A stretch of 64,000 bases of DNA from an uncultured Nitrospiraceae bacterium (GTDB lineage: Bacteria; Nitrospirota; Thermodesulfovibrionia; Thermodesulfovibrionales; Dissulfurispiraceae): NCBI GenBank assembly GCA_963727805.1, contig CAVSHF010000003.1:2304001-2368000 (forward strand), written 5' to 3'. The position numbers and the translations under genes were made by a program. Under the pieces are notes generated by a model. That model saw only the letters and a list, made by a program, of their open reading frames with translations, did not search any database and was not told the origin of the DNA. Shown here piece by piece: positions 31,359 to 41,163 of the stretch (positions within the stretch are counted from its first letter, which is position 1; every line of letters starts with the position of its first letter).

Positions 31359-31523
31359 CTAGGCTGCTGCCATCTTGTATACTATACCTACCGGTGGCTC
31401 ATGTGCAGGCGCAGCCGATATTTGCTGCGGCTCAACATCCTCTTCGTAATCGCAAAAACCATTGGAGCATTTCAAGAACGTAATCATGTTTACCATCATT
31501 CTGCCGCATGAAGGACATTTCAT
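31359..31523 (-). CDS. 54-aa zinc-ribbon microprotein (not in ORF track)
   Basis: GAGGAGG RBS; MKCPSCGRMMVNMITFLKCSNGFCDYEE...YKMAAA*. Confidence 0.7.
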   Translation of the reverse strand: MKCPSCGRMMVNMITFLKCSNGFCDYEEDVEPQQISAAPAHEPPVGIVYKMAAA

Positions 31524-31853
31524 AAGATCCTCCTCTGTTCTTATAGTGAGCTTATACGATAGTTTACTTGGAAAACATTACAGGAATATTTCGGCAACAT
31601 TAAATATTCGCGTCAAACGTTGGAAGTACATCTTGTAGTATTACTCTAAGAACGCTAATCGAAATTTTAGCCAGACATAGCATCTCTATGACTGTCAATA
31701 AAGTACCAGATTATTTTAGCTATCATCATACACGAGAATAGGTTACTTATGATGACTTTCACGTGTAAAGCGGAGCCAAAACTGAGAGGACTTGTCTCTC
31801 GGTTTCGGGAAGAAGTTGATACTGAACTCTTTGGAAACACCGCTCTGACAATC

Positions 31854-31895
31854 TGTCCGAACTAAATTGGAATAGTGTCCGAAGTAGATCGGAAT
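31854..31895. repeat. 22-bp-period imperfect direct repeat resembling IS21-family end repeats
   Basis: TGTCCGAACTAAATTGGAAT / TGTCCGAAGTAGATCGGAAT. Confidence 0.6.
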
Positions 31896-32173
31896 AATTA
31901 CCTCGCCGATAGAACTGAAGGATTATCAGAAAAACCACGCAATGATCTGCTAGTAGGGGGAATACGCAGCAATTAATTCAAATTATGCTGTAAGGACTTC
32001 TAAAAATAATTCCCTGTTTCTTAAGTACCGACGATGTAGATTTAAGCAACTCTGCAGAAGCTGACACCGCTTGAGAGTTCAAAGAGTTGTTTTCACAGAT
32101 AACCTTTCGAAAAATTATCGGACTATTTTGGGTAGGCTGTGTGAACAGGGTCGACAGTCCCTTGAATGCCGGA

Positions 32174-32851
32174 TTATGAGAATTTTATATAATTTTCCCA
32201 GACGAAAAGGACTTCCTTAGTTGCTTTAAGATCTCCTGCGCAATACCGCGCTATATCGATGTGCCGTCCGGACTGAAAAAGATTCTTCACGTCGCTCCCG
32301 GTGATGCCGTCCGCCTTGGGGCTCGGGATGCCGAATGTCCTGCACCACATATCGAGTGGAAATTTTCTCTTCGCCGCGCCGTAAAAAGTGAGCTGGTCGA
32401 AGAGGTCTATGTGGGTGCCGTTATTACTATAGCGATACGGCATCAGGTCCCGCGTCGGCTTTACCTTGTTAACTGCTGAGCGGACAATAATAAAAGGGCA
32501 GTCGAAGGCTCTCCCGTTGAACGTGACTATCTGGTCATATGCCTTGACAGTGTTCCAGAATTTTTCGAGGAGCTCTTTTTCGGTGCAGCATTCGAAGCGA
32601 ATGCCATGTTCTTCAAAGGGCAGAAGCTCTCCGCCGGGTGCTTGAAAATAGACAGCCCCTTTATTCGTATCGGGATTAAGCATACCAATGGCGACGATCT
32701 CGCCGGTGAGAGGGTACAAGGAGAGGGTCTCTTTGACCCTCTCCTCTTCTTCTTCGTTCTCAGCCCACTTTAAGAGGTATTCCCTGACTGCGGGATCAAG
32801 GGAATCGAAATCAGCTCCGACGGTTTCGATGTCGAAGATGACCCGACCCAT
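32174..32851 (-). CDS. PolB-like 3'-5' exonuclease (RNase H fold)
   Basis: FDIET, TFNGRAFDCP, HIDL and YCAGD (DEDDy) motifs. Confidence 0.85.
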   Translation of the reverse strand: MGRVIFDIETVGADFDSLDPAVREYLLKWAENEEEEERVKETLSLYPLTGEIVAIGMLNPDTNKGAVYFQAPGGELLPFEEHGIRFECCTEKELLEKFWNTVKAYDQIVTFNGRAFDCPFIIVRSAVNKVKPTRDLMPYRYSNNGTHIDLFDQLTFYGAAKRKFPLDMWCRTFGIPSPKADGITGSDVKNLFQSGRHIDIARYCAGDLKATKEVLFVWENYIKFS

Positions 32852-34149
32852 TATGCTGCCTTCTTCGAAATCTTTTCTATGACCTCCCAGGTTTTGAGTG
32901 CATCAATGGCCCTCTGAAGCTGCACGTCATCCTTCTCCTCAACCTCCAGGGGGACCTTGTCCTCGTCAGCAGGTGCCTGAATGTTCTTTTCGTTTTGGAG
33001 GTGGCCTTCCAGGTCTTTCTCCCTGATTACCGACATCCCCTTGCCGTCCTTTGCCTCGAGCTTGACGACAATGTCGGGGGTAATGCCGACATTCTGAATA
33101 CTCGTTCCATTCGGCGTATAATATTTTGCTGTAGTAAGGCGCAATCCCGATCCGTCGCTCAATGGGATAAGGGTTTGGACTGAGCCTTTGCCGAAGGTCT
33201 GGACCCCGACGATGATCGCTCTGTTCCAGTCCTTCAACGCCCCGGCAACAATTTCCGAAGCACTCGCGCTTCCCTGGTTCACCAGAACAACCATCGGCAA
33301 GTCGACATAAGAGGGCACTTCACCCTCGGTAAAGTACTCTATCTTGTCTCCGTCTCGCCCCTTAATGTAAACAACCAGTTTTTTGGTAGGCAGAAATTGT
33401 CCGGCTACGTCGACTGCACTGTTAAGCAGACCGCCCGGATCATTCCTAAGATCGAGAATAATGGACCTCATGCCCTTATCCTTCAGACTTTTGAGAGCTT
33501 TGGTAAGATCCTCAGCGGTCATCTCCTGGAACTGCGTGAGTTTGATATACCCGATATCATCCTTCAGCATCCTTGACTTCACACTCTTGATTTTGATGAT
33601 GTCCCGCACGATGGTAATGTCTTTTGGCTCAGTCCACCCTTCCCTGTATATGTTCAGGATAACAGGCTTTCCCTTGGCTCCACGCATCTTAGTGACAGCA
33701 TCCTGGATATTCATACTCTTTGTAGACTCGCCGTCAATCTTCAAAATCTTGTCGCCCGCCTTGAGACCCGCTTTGTAAGCCGGGGTGTCCTCTATTGGCG
33801 CGATGACCGTAAGAATGCTATCCTTGACTCCGATCTGGATCCCTAATCCGCCAAATTCACCCTTGGTCTCAACCTGGAATTCCTTGAAGGCCTCGGGACT
33901 CATATACCCGGAATGGGGATCAAGAGACGACAGCATACCTTTGATTGCTCCGCTTATGAGTTCCTTTGTCTTAACCTCATCCACATAATTCTTCTTGATG
34001 ACGTTGAGGACGTCGACGAAGGTCCTCAAATCTTCATACGTGCTCTGAGCGTTTACAATCTTGGTACTCATCACGCCGATAGCGATCGCAGCCAGAACAA
34101 CGCCAACCACGACAGCGCTAATTATCATCAGTCTTTTCTTCGAATGCAT
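32851..34149 (-). CDS. ctpA: S41 carboxyl-terminal processing protease
   Basis: LDPHS, PDZ domain, DLRNDPGG, SASASEIVAGAL, FGKGSVQ. Confidence 0.92.
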   Translation of the reverse strand: MHSKKRLMIISAVVVGVVLAAIAIGVMSTKIVNAQSTYEDLRTFVDVLNVIKKNYVDEVKTKELISGAIKGMLSSLDPHSGYMSPEAFKEFQVETKGEFGGLGIQIGVKDSILTVIAPIEDTPAYKAGLKAGDKILKIDGESTKSMNIQDAVTKMRGAKGKPVILNIYREGWTEPKDITIVRDIIKIKSVKSRMLKDDIGYIKLTQFQEMTAEDLTKALKSLKDKGMRSIILDLRNDPGGLLNSAVDVAGQFLPTKKLVVYIKGRDGDKIEYFTEGEVPSYVDLPMVVLVNQGSASASEIVAGALKDWNRAIIVGVQTFGKGSVQTLIPLSDGSGLRLTTAKYYTPNGTSIQNVGITPDIVVKLEAKDGKGMSVIREKDLEGHLQNEKNIQAPADEDKVPLEVEEKDDVQLQRAIDALKTWEVIEKISKKAA

Positions 34150-34154
34150 TTTAT

Positions 34155-35375
34155 TTATCCTCCGGATTTCCTCAGCCATTGCTGGGGGTCAAGCGGTTTG
34201 CCTTTATACCGTATTTCAAAATAGAGGCCACTTGCTCCCAAAGCAGTGGATTCGCCTACCTCTCCTATAGCCTCATTCTCTTTTATTATAGCGTCATTTG
34301 CCAAAAAAATCTTTGCGAGGTTCCCATAAAGGGTATGGTAACCACCGCCGTGACTTATAACAACGAGCTGACCGTACCCTTTGAATTCGGCCGCGTATAC
34401 GACCTTCCCCGCCGAAACAGCGGTTACCGTCGAACCCGTAGCGGTCCTGATATGAATACCGCTTCTGAAAACGGGGAGATTAAAGAGGGGATCAACCTGC
34501 GAGCCATACCTGATGGCGAGCTTTCCCCTCACCGGCCAAGGTAGATGGCCCCTCTGCCTAGTGAAAGCGCTGTCTTCTGGCAATTCCTCAGGCGCGGACT
34601 TTGCCCCCCTGGACCCTCTTTTCCTAGCGGGTTTTTCCATTTTTTCCGATTCCCGGATGATCCTCTGCAGCCTCTCAGAGTCTCCTTTCAATTCCTCGAT
34701 CATGCTCTGATAGGTATCCTTCTCTTTTCTGACGCTCGCCAGCAGCGTTTCTTTTTCCTTTTTCTTGGTCATCGTTGAATCTTCAAGCATCGCCAGATTG
34801 CGCTCTTCAGTCTTTAGGTTATTTAAGAGATCGCCGAGTTTTCGCTTCTTGTCCTTGATCCGCCCAAGCGCCTCACGATAGCTTTGAATGGAATCATTAT
34901 AGCGGTTCGATATTTCGCTGAGTGATCTCGAAATTCTTAATATCGTAGCCGGGTCCTCATCGCTGATCAGCATGAGAATTACCTCTTTTTCACTATTGAT
35001 CCTTTGAAGGGTCCGAAGTCTTGTTCTCAGGCGTTGCTTTTGAGACGCGATGCTCTTGGACTGCACGTTCATTTCTGATTCGAGGGCAGCAATGTTGCCT
35101 TTGAGCGATTTGATCTGGTTCTTCGTCGCGGTTATCTGGTCTTCCAGATCGTTCAGCTGGGAGTCGACCTTTCTTAGATCAGAGATGACCGACTTCTCGG
35201 TTCTCGTTGCCTCGGCAAGCTTTTTTTTCTGCTTCCTGATGTCACTCTGGACCTTCTTATATTCCTCGCGGGGACTCTGTGCAAATGCACACGCCCCCGG
35301 CACTGAAAGCAGCACGCCGAAGGTTACACAGAGAAGAATAAAATGAGAGAAAAATGCACCGTATTTTTTCCGCAT
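34155..35375 (-). CDS. envC: Murein hydrolase activator EnvC (coiled coil + degenerate M23 domain)
   Basis: Long coiled coil; LPWPVRG; YFEIR...DP; directly after ftsX. Confidence 0.85.
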   Translation of the reverse strand: MRKKYGAFFSHFILLCVTFGVLLSVPGACAFAQSPREEYKKVQSDIRKQKKKLAEATRTEKSVISDLRKVDSQLNDLEDQITATKNQIKSLKGNIAALESEMNVQSKSIASQKQRLRTRLRTLQRINSEKEVILMLISDEDPATILRISRSLSEISNRYNDSIQSYREALGRIKDKKRKLGDLLNNLKTEERNLAMLEDSTMTKKKEKETLLASVRKEKDTYQSMIEELKGDSERLQRIIRESEKMEKPARKRGSRGAKSAPEELPEDSAFTRQRGHLPWPVRGKLAIRYGSQVDPLFNLPVFRSGIHIRTATGSTVTAVSAGKVVYAAEFKGYGQLVVISHGGGYHTLYGNLAKIFLANDAIIKENEAIGEVGESTALGASGLYFEIRYKGKPLDPQQWLRKSGG

Positions 35376-35380
35376 CGCTC

Positions 35381-36259
35381 TTACAGTCTGAGTCTGCCGA
35401 CGGAAATGAGTGACCCCGCGATTCCCATCAATATTCCTGCGATGGGCATGAGGACAACGATTTCCACAGGCATGATCAGGGTCCTGAGTAAAGGCATGAA
35501 GGCGCTGAAGCTCGTCGTAAGAATAAAATAGAAGATGGCAGCCCCAAGCGTAGCAAAGAGCCCTCCAAGGAAGCCGATGACCCCTCCTTCGATAAGAAAG
35601 GGCGCACGGATAAAGCCCCCGGTTGCGCCGAGGAGCTTGATGATCTCTATCTCGCTCTTTCTGCGGTAGAAAAGGATCTTGACGGTGCTCGAGATCACGA
35701 AAAGCACTACAAAAATAATTATCCCAAGGATTATCAAGCTGAAGTTCTCGATGGAGGTTTTCAGAAGAGCGACCGTCTCTGCTATCTTCTCTTCGTAATA
35801 GATATCATCAACACCAGGCAACTTTCTGATGTCCGCCGATATGTTTTTTACGGAAGATCCGGTAACGCTCTCTTTTTTTAGTTTCAGTTCGATGGCCGCA
35901 GAGAGGGGATTCTCGTCAAGCCCTTCGATTACATTGCTCACATCCCTCAGGGTGCGTTTCAATTCAGTCAATGCCTGCTCCCTGGAAATATATTTCGCCC
36001 CTGCGACATACTCCTTGTTCCTCAGCTGGCTCATCACCTTCTGAATATCCTGCGGCTCGATACTGTCTTTGAGGTATACCACCATAGTGAATTTTTCGGG
36101 CAGTGTACGGGTAACAATATCCACGTTATAGATTGTAATGAGCGCCATGGCGCTTACTAGAAGACTTGCCGCAACGGTAAAGATCGAAAGCAGGTTGATC
36201 CATTTCTCCTTCATAAGACTCTGCAGCGCGGTCCTCGTCGAATAGGATATATGCTCCAT
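35381..36259 (-). CDS. ftsX: Cell division permease FtsX
   Basis: ENPL and EIEIIKLLGAT..FIRAPF motifs; four-TM pattern. Confidence 0.92.
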   Translation of the reverse strand: MEHISYSTRTALQSLMKEKWINLLSIFTVAASLLVSAMALITIYNVDIVTRTLPEKFTMVVYLKDSIEPQDIQKVMSQLRNKEYVAGAKYISREQALTELKRTLRDVSNVIEGLDENPLSAAIELKLKKESVTGSSVKNISADIRKLPGVDDIYYEEKIAETVALLKTSIENFSLIILGIIIFVVLFVISSTVKILFYRRKSEIEIIKLLGATGGFIRAPFLIEGGVIGFLGGLFATLGAAIFYFILTTSFSAFMPLLRTLIMPVEIVVLMPIAGILMGIAGSLISVGRLRL

Positions 36260-36921
36260 CAGCCGATCTCCTCTCCCAAAAGCACGCCGCTATCGAGTCG
36301 GATGACCCTTTTACCGGTATTTTTATAAAGGTCCCTATTGTGAGTGGCAATGAGTATCGTTGTGCCGTGAATGTTTGCCTCGTAAAACAACTTCGCAATA
36401 TGCCTGGCCGTATCGGGATCGAGGTTGCCTGTTGGCTCATCAGCCAAAAGCACGGAGGGCTCCGAAACCATTGCCCGCCCTATAACGACCCGCTGCTGTT
36501 CCCCGCCTGAAAGGGTAACGGGATAGTTGTCAGCCTTGTGTCGCAGGTGAATATTCTTTAGGGTCTCAAGGGCGAGACCTTTGATTTCCTTTTCTTTCCT
36601 TCCCCTCACTCGGAGAGCAAGGGCGATATTGTCATAAACAGTGAGATTATCCAGAAGCTTGAAATCCTGGAAGACGACCCCGATGCTCCGCCTGAGGAGG
36701 GGTATTTCAGAAGGCCTCAAATTACCGATGTGGAAGTCTCCAACCATGACTTCGCCTTCGTCAGGCAATTCAGCCGCGTAGAGGAGCTTGAGAAGTGTCG
36801 ATTTTCCAGCACCAGTAGCTCCGGTGAGAAAGACCATCTCCCCCTTCGAGACCGAGAGGTTTATGTTCTTAAGGACAGGCTGCTGATCATAATATTTCGT
36901 GACGTTCTGAAAAAATATCAT
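36259..36921 (-). CDS. ftsE: Cell division ATP-binding protein FtsE
   Basis: [34 protein letters not shown]. Confidence 0.93.
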   Translation of the reverse strand: MIFFQNVTKYYDQQPVLKNINLSVSKGEMVFLTGATGAGKSTLLKLLYAAELPDEGEVMVGDFHIGNLRPSEIPLLRRSIGVVFQDFKLLDNLTVYDNIALALRVRGRKEKEIKGLALETLKNIHLRHKADNYPVTLSGGEQQRVVIGRAMVSEPSVLLADEPTGNLDPDTARHIAKLFYEANIHGTTILIATHNRDLYKNTGKRVIRLDSGVLLGEEIG

Positions 36922-37895
36922 TTCAAATTATCTTTGATTATATCCACCATGTTGCTACTAGTAAGGCCGTAGAGCTGCATCAGCTCCTTCGGAGAACCGG
37001 AGCAGCCGAAGGTATCCCGGACCCCAAGCTTCACGATCTTGATCGGATGATGTTCGGAAAGAAATTCCGAAACCGCGCTTCCGAGCCCGCCGATGATTGA
37101 ATGCTCTTCAGCGGTGAGGATGAACTTCGACTTTTCCGCCGCCGCGAGCAGCGCCTCGCTATCCAACGGTTTGATGGTCGACATGTTGATGACGCCCGCG
37201 TCGATCCCTTTCTTAGCAAGCATCTCTTGGGCTTCGAGCGAAGGAGCGACCATGATACCCGTGGCTACTATCGTGGCATCTTTGCCGATCGAATAGGTAT
37301 ACGCCTTCCCGATCCTGAACCTATAGCTTTCGGGCATTACCGGAGGCACCTTGGACCTGCCAAGCCTGACGTAGACCGGCCCTTCATATTCTGCAACAGC
37401 GTCGATCGCCTGCTTTGTCTCGAAGCCGTCGGCCGGGACGATCACGGTCATGCCCGGAAGGACACGCATGAGAGCAATATCCTCTAAGGCTTGGTGTGAC
37501 GCGCCGTCTTCGCCTACTGTGATACCACTGTGAGTTGCTACGAGCTTCACGTTGAGATGGGAGTAACACAACGTCTGCCTGATCTGCTCCCATGCCCTAC
37601 CGGTCTCGAAGACCGCGAAGGTCGATGCAAAGGGTATCTTGCCGGTAAGCGAAAGTCCGCCAGCCGTGCCGACCATGTCCTGCTCCGAAATCCCCATGTT
37701 GAAGAACCTATTGGGAAAGGCCTTTGAGAAGCCCTTTGTCTTAGTCGAGCCTGAGAGGTCCGCATCGAGCACGACGATATCTTTATTCCTTTTGCCGAGT
37801 TCCAGAAGTGCGGACCCATACGCGTCCCTAGTGGCGACGGCCTGCCCGGCAAAATCGGTCCTTTGTGTTTTCTGTTCCTGCTCTCTACTTCCCAT
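36918..37895 (-). CDS. Transketolase, C-terminal subunit
   Basis: DADL, GISEQ, GEDGASHQ, EEHSIIGGLGS. Confidence 0.92.
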   Translation of the reverse strand: MGSREQEQKTQRTDFAGQAVATRDAYGSALLELGKRNKDIVVLDADLSGSTKTKGFSKAFPNRFFNMGISEQDMVGTAGGLSLTGKIPFASTFAVFETGRAWEQIRQTLCYSHLNVKLVATHSGITVGEDGASHQALEDIALMRVLPGMTVIVPADGFETKQAIDAVAEYEGPVYVRLGRSKVPPVMPESYRFRIGKAYTYSIGKDATIVATGIMVAPSLEAQEMLAKKGIDAGVINMSTIKPLDSEALLAAAEKSKFILTAEEHSIIGGLGSAVSEFLSEHHPIKIVKLGVRDTFGCSGSPKELMQLYGLTSSNMVDIIKDNLK

Positions 37896-38727
37896 TTCCG
37901 CTCAGTTCCTTTATCGCGATTTCGAGTTCATCCTTTGTCGGAGTAATCCCATGGTACTCCACCTTGCCTTCGAAGAGAGAAACTCCCTTGCCTTTGACTG
38001 TCTTTGCGAGAATCATGCAAGGTTTTCCCTTTACCTTTTCTGCCTCATCGAGGGCATCGACAATGGCCTGCATGTCATGACCGTCCACAGGTATCGTATA
38101 CCAGCCGAAGGCCTTCCACTTATCGTTAACTGGCTCGATATTCATGACATCGCAGCATTTGCCGTCGATTTGCAGCCCGTTCAGGTCAACAAAACCGCAA
38201 AGATTGTCGAGGCCGTAATGGCTCGCCGTCATAGCCGCTTCCCAGACCTGGCCTTCCTGCGTCTCTCCATCGCCAAGTAGGCAATAGACCCGCGACGGGT
38301 TTTTGTCGAGACGGAGCCCAAGGGCGATGCCATTGGCAATGGACAATCCCTGGCCGAGTGAGCCTGTGGATATTTCCACTCCGTCGAGCAGTTTTGAAGA
38401 TGGATGACCCTGGAGCGGACAACCGACTCTTCTGAGTGAGTTCAGAAGGGATTTGTCAAAATAACCCGTAAGCGCAAGCGCGGCATAGAGTACGGGTGCC
38501 GCATGGCCTTTCGAAAGTATGAATCGATCTCTGCCCGACCAATACGAGTCATCGGGCCGGTGCTTCATTTTATAAAAATAGAGTGCTGTAACGATGTCGG
38601 CAGCCGAAAGAGAGCCACCGGTATGGCCGGAACCCGACTTTTCGAGCATCGTGAGGATCTCGATCCTTATCTCTCTCGCCCTCTCTTTGAGATACCCGAT
38701 ATCGCGTGAATTAAGTATCGCTTGCAT
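37885..38727 (-). CDS. Transketolase, N-terminal subunit
   Basis: SGHTGG, DRFILSKGH, TGSLGQG, GDGE. Confidence 0.93.
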   Translation of the reverse strand: MQAILNSRDIGYLKERAREIRIEILTMLEKSGSGHTGGSLSAADIVTALYFYKMKHRPDDSYWSGRDRFILSKGHAAPVLYAALALTGYFDKSLLNSLRRVGCPLQGHPSSKLLDGVEISTGSLGQGLSIANGIALGLRLDKNPSRVYCLLGDGETQEGQVWEAAMTASHYGLDNLCGFVDLNGLQIDGKCCDVMNIEPVNDKWKAFGWYTIPVDGHDMQAIVDALDEAEKVKGKPCMILAKTVKGKGVSLFEGKVEYHGITPTKDELEIAIKELSGNGK

Positions 38728-38812
38728 ATTAATCCTTTCTAGTAAATAATCGTTTTATTATATAACAAGCAATTCAAAAAATGCTGTGGTTCGGCGATAG
38801 GATGAAGCGATG

Positions 38813-38968
38813 GGGCAGCGGTGGATTACTTTAAGTGCGAGGGTTGGGTCTTCAGGGACAGAGCGAGAGCCCGAAACAATTATCCCTCGGGAGAGAATGT
38901 CTATTCATTCAAGATAAAAAATATGGTAATGGAGACTAATTCCTCGCACTTCAAATAACACGATGCCC
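38813..38968 (+). ncRNA. Candidate long imperfect hairpin RNA (strand tentative)
   Basis: GGGCA/UGCCC, AAGUGCGAGG/CCUCGCACUU, GUCUUCA/UGGAGAC, GACA/UGUC and CCCGA/UCGGG nested helices. Confidence 0.45.
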
Positions 38969-39002
38969 TCCCATTGGCAAGTCAATGAAGATGGATTAGA
39001 AT

Positions 39003-39821
39003 CTATCGCACATCGAGTGCGCTTATCATCTTTATGATGCGCAGGAGCTGTTCTACTTCATCGAGCCTGATCATATTAGGACCGTCACACTTAGCTCTAT
39101 CAGGGTCGGGATGGACCTCCATAAAAAAGCCGTCAACGCCCGCCGCTGCTGCAGCGCGCGCAAGGGGGACGGCGTATTCCCGCTGTCCTCCGGAGCAGCC
39201 TCCCTGGCCGCCAGGGAGCTGAAGGCTGTGGGTCACGTCGAAGATGACTGGATAGCCGAATGAGCGCATTATCGGGAAAGACCTGAAATCGACGACTAGA
39301 TTGTTGTAGCCGAACGTTGTGCCACGCTCGGTGAGCAGCAGCTTCTCATTGCCTGTTGAGATGAACTTCCCGATGATGTTTTGCACGTCCCAAGGTGCAA
39401 GAAATTGTCCCTTCTTTACGTTGACCGGCTTGCCCGTATTTGAAGCCGCGACGAGAAGGTCCGTCTGCCTACAGAGAAAGGCCGGTATCTGGATCACATC
39501 GAGGACTTCGGCGGCGGGCCGTATCTCCTCGATGGAATGGATATCTGAGATAACCGGGATATCGAACCTGCTTTTTACCTCGGCAAGCAATCTCAGGCCC
39601 CTCTCGAGGCCCGGCCCCCTGAAGGACGTCACAGATGTCCTGTTTGCCTTGTCGAATGAGCTCTTGAATATGAATGGAAGCCCGACTGACCCACAGATCT
39701 CCTTGAGCTTCTGGGCTGCCTGAAAGGTGATATCTTCGTTCTCGATGACGCAGGGGCCGGCAATAATCAATGGCGGATTATTGCCGCCGACCACGATATT
39801 TCGTATCTCAATTTCTCTCAC
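39003..39821 (-). CDS. kdsA: KDO8P synthase
   Basis: [32 protein letters not shown]. Confidence 0.96.
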   Translation of the reverse strand: MREIEIRNIVVGGNNPPLIIAGPCVIENEDITFQAAQKLKEICGSVGLPFIFKSSFDKANRTSVTSFRGPGLERGLRLLAEVKSRFDIPVISDIHSIEEIRPAAEVLDVIQIPAFLCRQTDLLVAASNTGKPVNVKKGQFLAPWDVQNIIGKFISTGNEKLLLTERGTTFGYNNLVVDFRSFPIMRSFGYPVIFDVTHSLQLPGGQGGCSGGQREYAVPLARAAAAAGVDGFFMEVHPDPDRAKCDGPNMIRLDEVEQLLRIIKMISALDVR

Positions 39822-39841
39822 GAAAACCTCGCTCTATTTCT

Positions 39842-40360
39842 TCAACCAAGCTCCGGCGTCGGTCTGTATCCACCGGCCGGGCGGCGCCTTTTGACGCCAT
39901 GAGTCAGCAAAAGATTTCTGCAACTTCGGCTCCGCATCCGAGCCAAGTTTATCCTTTTCAGCCTCTCCTCCATATCCTTAAAGCTAATCTTATTGTCCGG
40001 ATTTTGGTTCACGACGTCAACACCTCGCAGAAAGCCTCTCTTCACAAGGTATTCAGTGCTGCATCATGGATTTTTCCGCGGACGATAAAAACATCGTTTG
40101 CGAGCGTTGCCAGTATGCCTATGTGGCTGTATGGGTAATCTTTGAAAAAACTCAAAATACCCCGGTTCAATACGCCCATCATTCCTGAGCAGGTACCGAG
40201 AATTGAGATGTTCTGAATAGCCTCAACGCTGATCCGTTGTGACACGCCCTTCGTGTCGACAGAGTCTATATCCGGGACAAAGCGCGTCGGCTGACCGTAT
40301 TCCATTTCCAAACCCTTAATCGACCCCTGAATAATCCCGGTAATTTCCCCGAAGCGTGAT
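39842..40360 (-). pseudogene. Truncated, frameshifted C-terminal remnant of a large conserved envelope protein (YdbH/AsmA-like, tentative)
   Basis: FGEITGIIQGSIKGLEMEYGQP...YSHIGI...LANDVF...EYLVKRG...VVNQNPDNKISFKDMEERLKRI reads continuously across one frameshift near 40060; no N-terminal part. Confidence 0.6.
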
Positions 40361-41163
40361 AGTACCTATGACGATCCGTAACTTTCGGACTCCTGTTTCT
40401 CCGCTTTGTTCTGGACTAACCGCCGGAAGATTCCCGAGTGATTCCCGATGAAAAAAGTCGAATGAAAAGATTAATACAAGACATGCGAAAAGTAGTGGAA
40501 AGAATACTTTTCCTTGTGGATGCGACCTTTTTCGCTGCTCTATCATTTCTCTAAACAGTATATCACGCGAAAATATCACCCAGAGCACCCCGGGCCTGCC
40601 CATTATACAATGAAGAACTCTGAAACAACCGTCAATCGGCCTGCTTACACATTTCTTACTGTCTATGCACGGTATTGATCAGCTGCTACAGGCCACCCTC
40701 TCTCCCATCAGGAACCCATTAAAAATCTCATCGAAGAGAGGGCTGTAGCCATGAAGGTTCACAGTACTTGAAGATCGAAATGGGCAGTGTAGGCGACGGG
40801 CGCTGCTGCGCGTGAGCCCGTAATAAAGCCGTCTTCGGGTGGCTGGCGAAGCACTCCACATGCAGTCTTCTTGAATTCAGGGATTTCACCGATGAACAAA
40901 ATTCCGTGATGTAAGCGATCTCAACCGGTAGCAAGAATTGTCCGCCTCCTATCAAAGTTACATCTTAGATCGTTCAATGCGGGAAACGATATGGCCTCAT
41001 GGCAAGAAGGGACTGCCACGAACGGGAGACCTGTCACGCTGTGTATCTTCGTCATATCGAGCGCTATTTAAAGGTCATCCGCGGAAGTATCGCGGAGAGA
41101 CACCAAGCAAGCGTGCGGCAGGCCCCGGGCTGCGATATCAACCTCGACTTCGATCGGTGAGCG

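Noticed and set aside
40770..40870. HDV-like ribozyme or retron msr-msd reading
   Set aside because: Lacks the HDV L3/P1.1 elements, and no RT gene is adjacent
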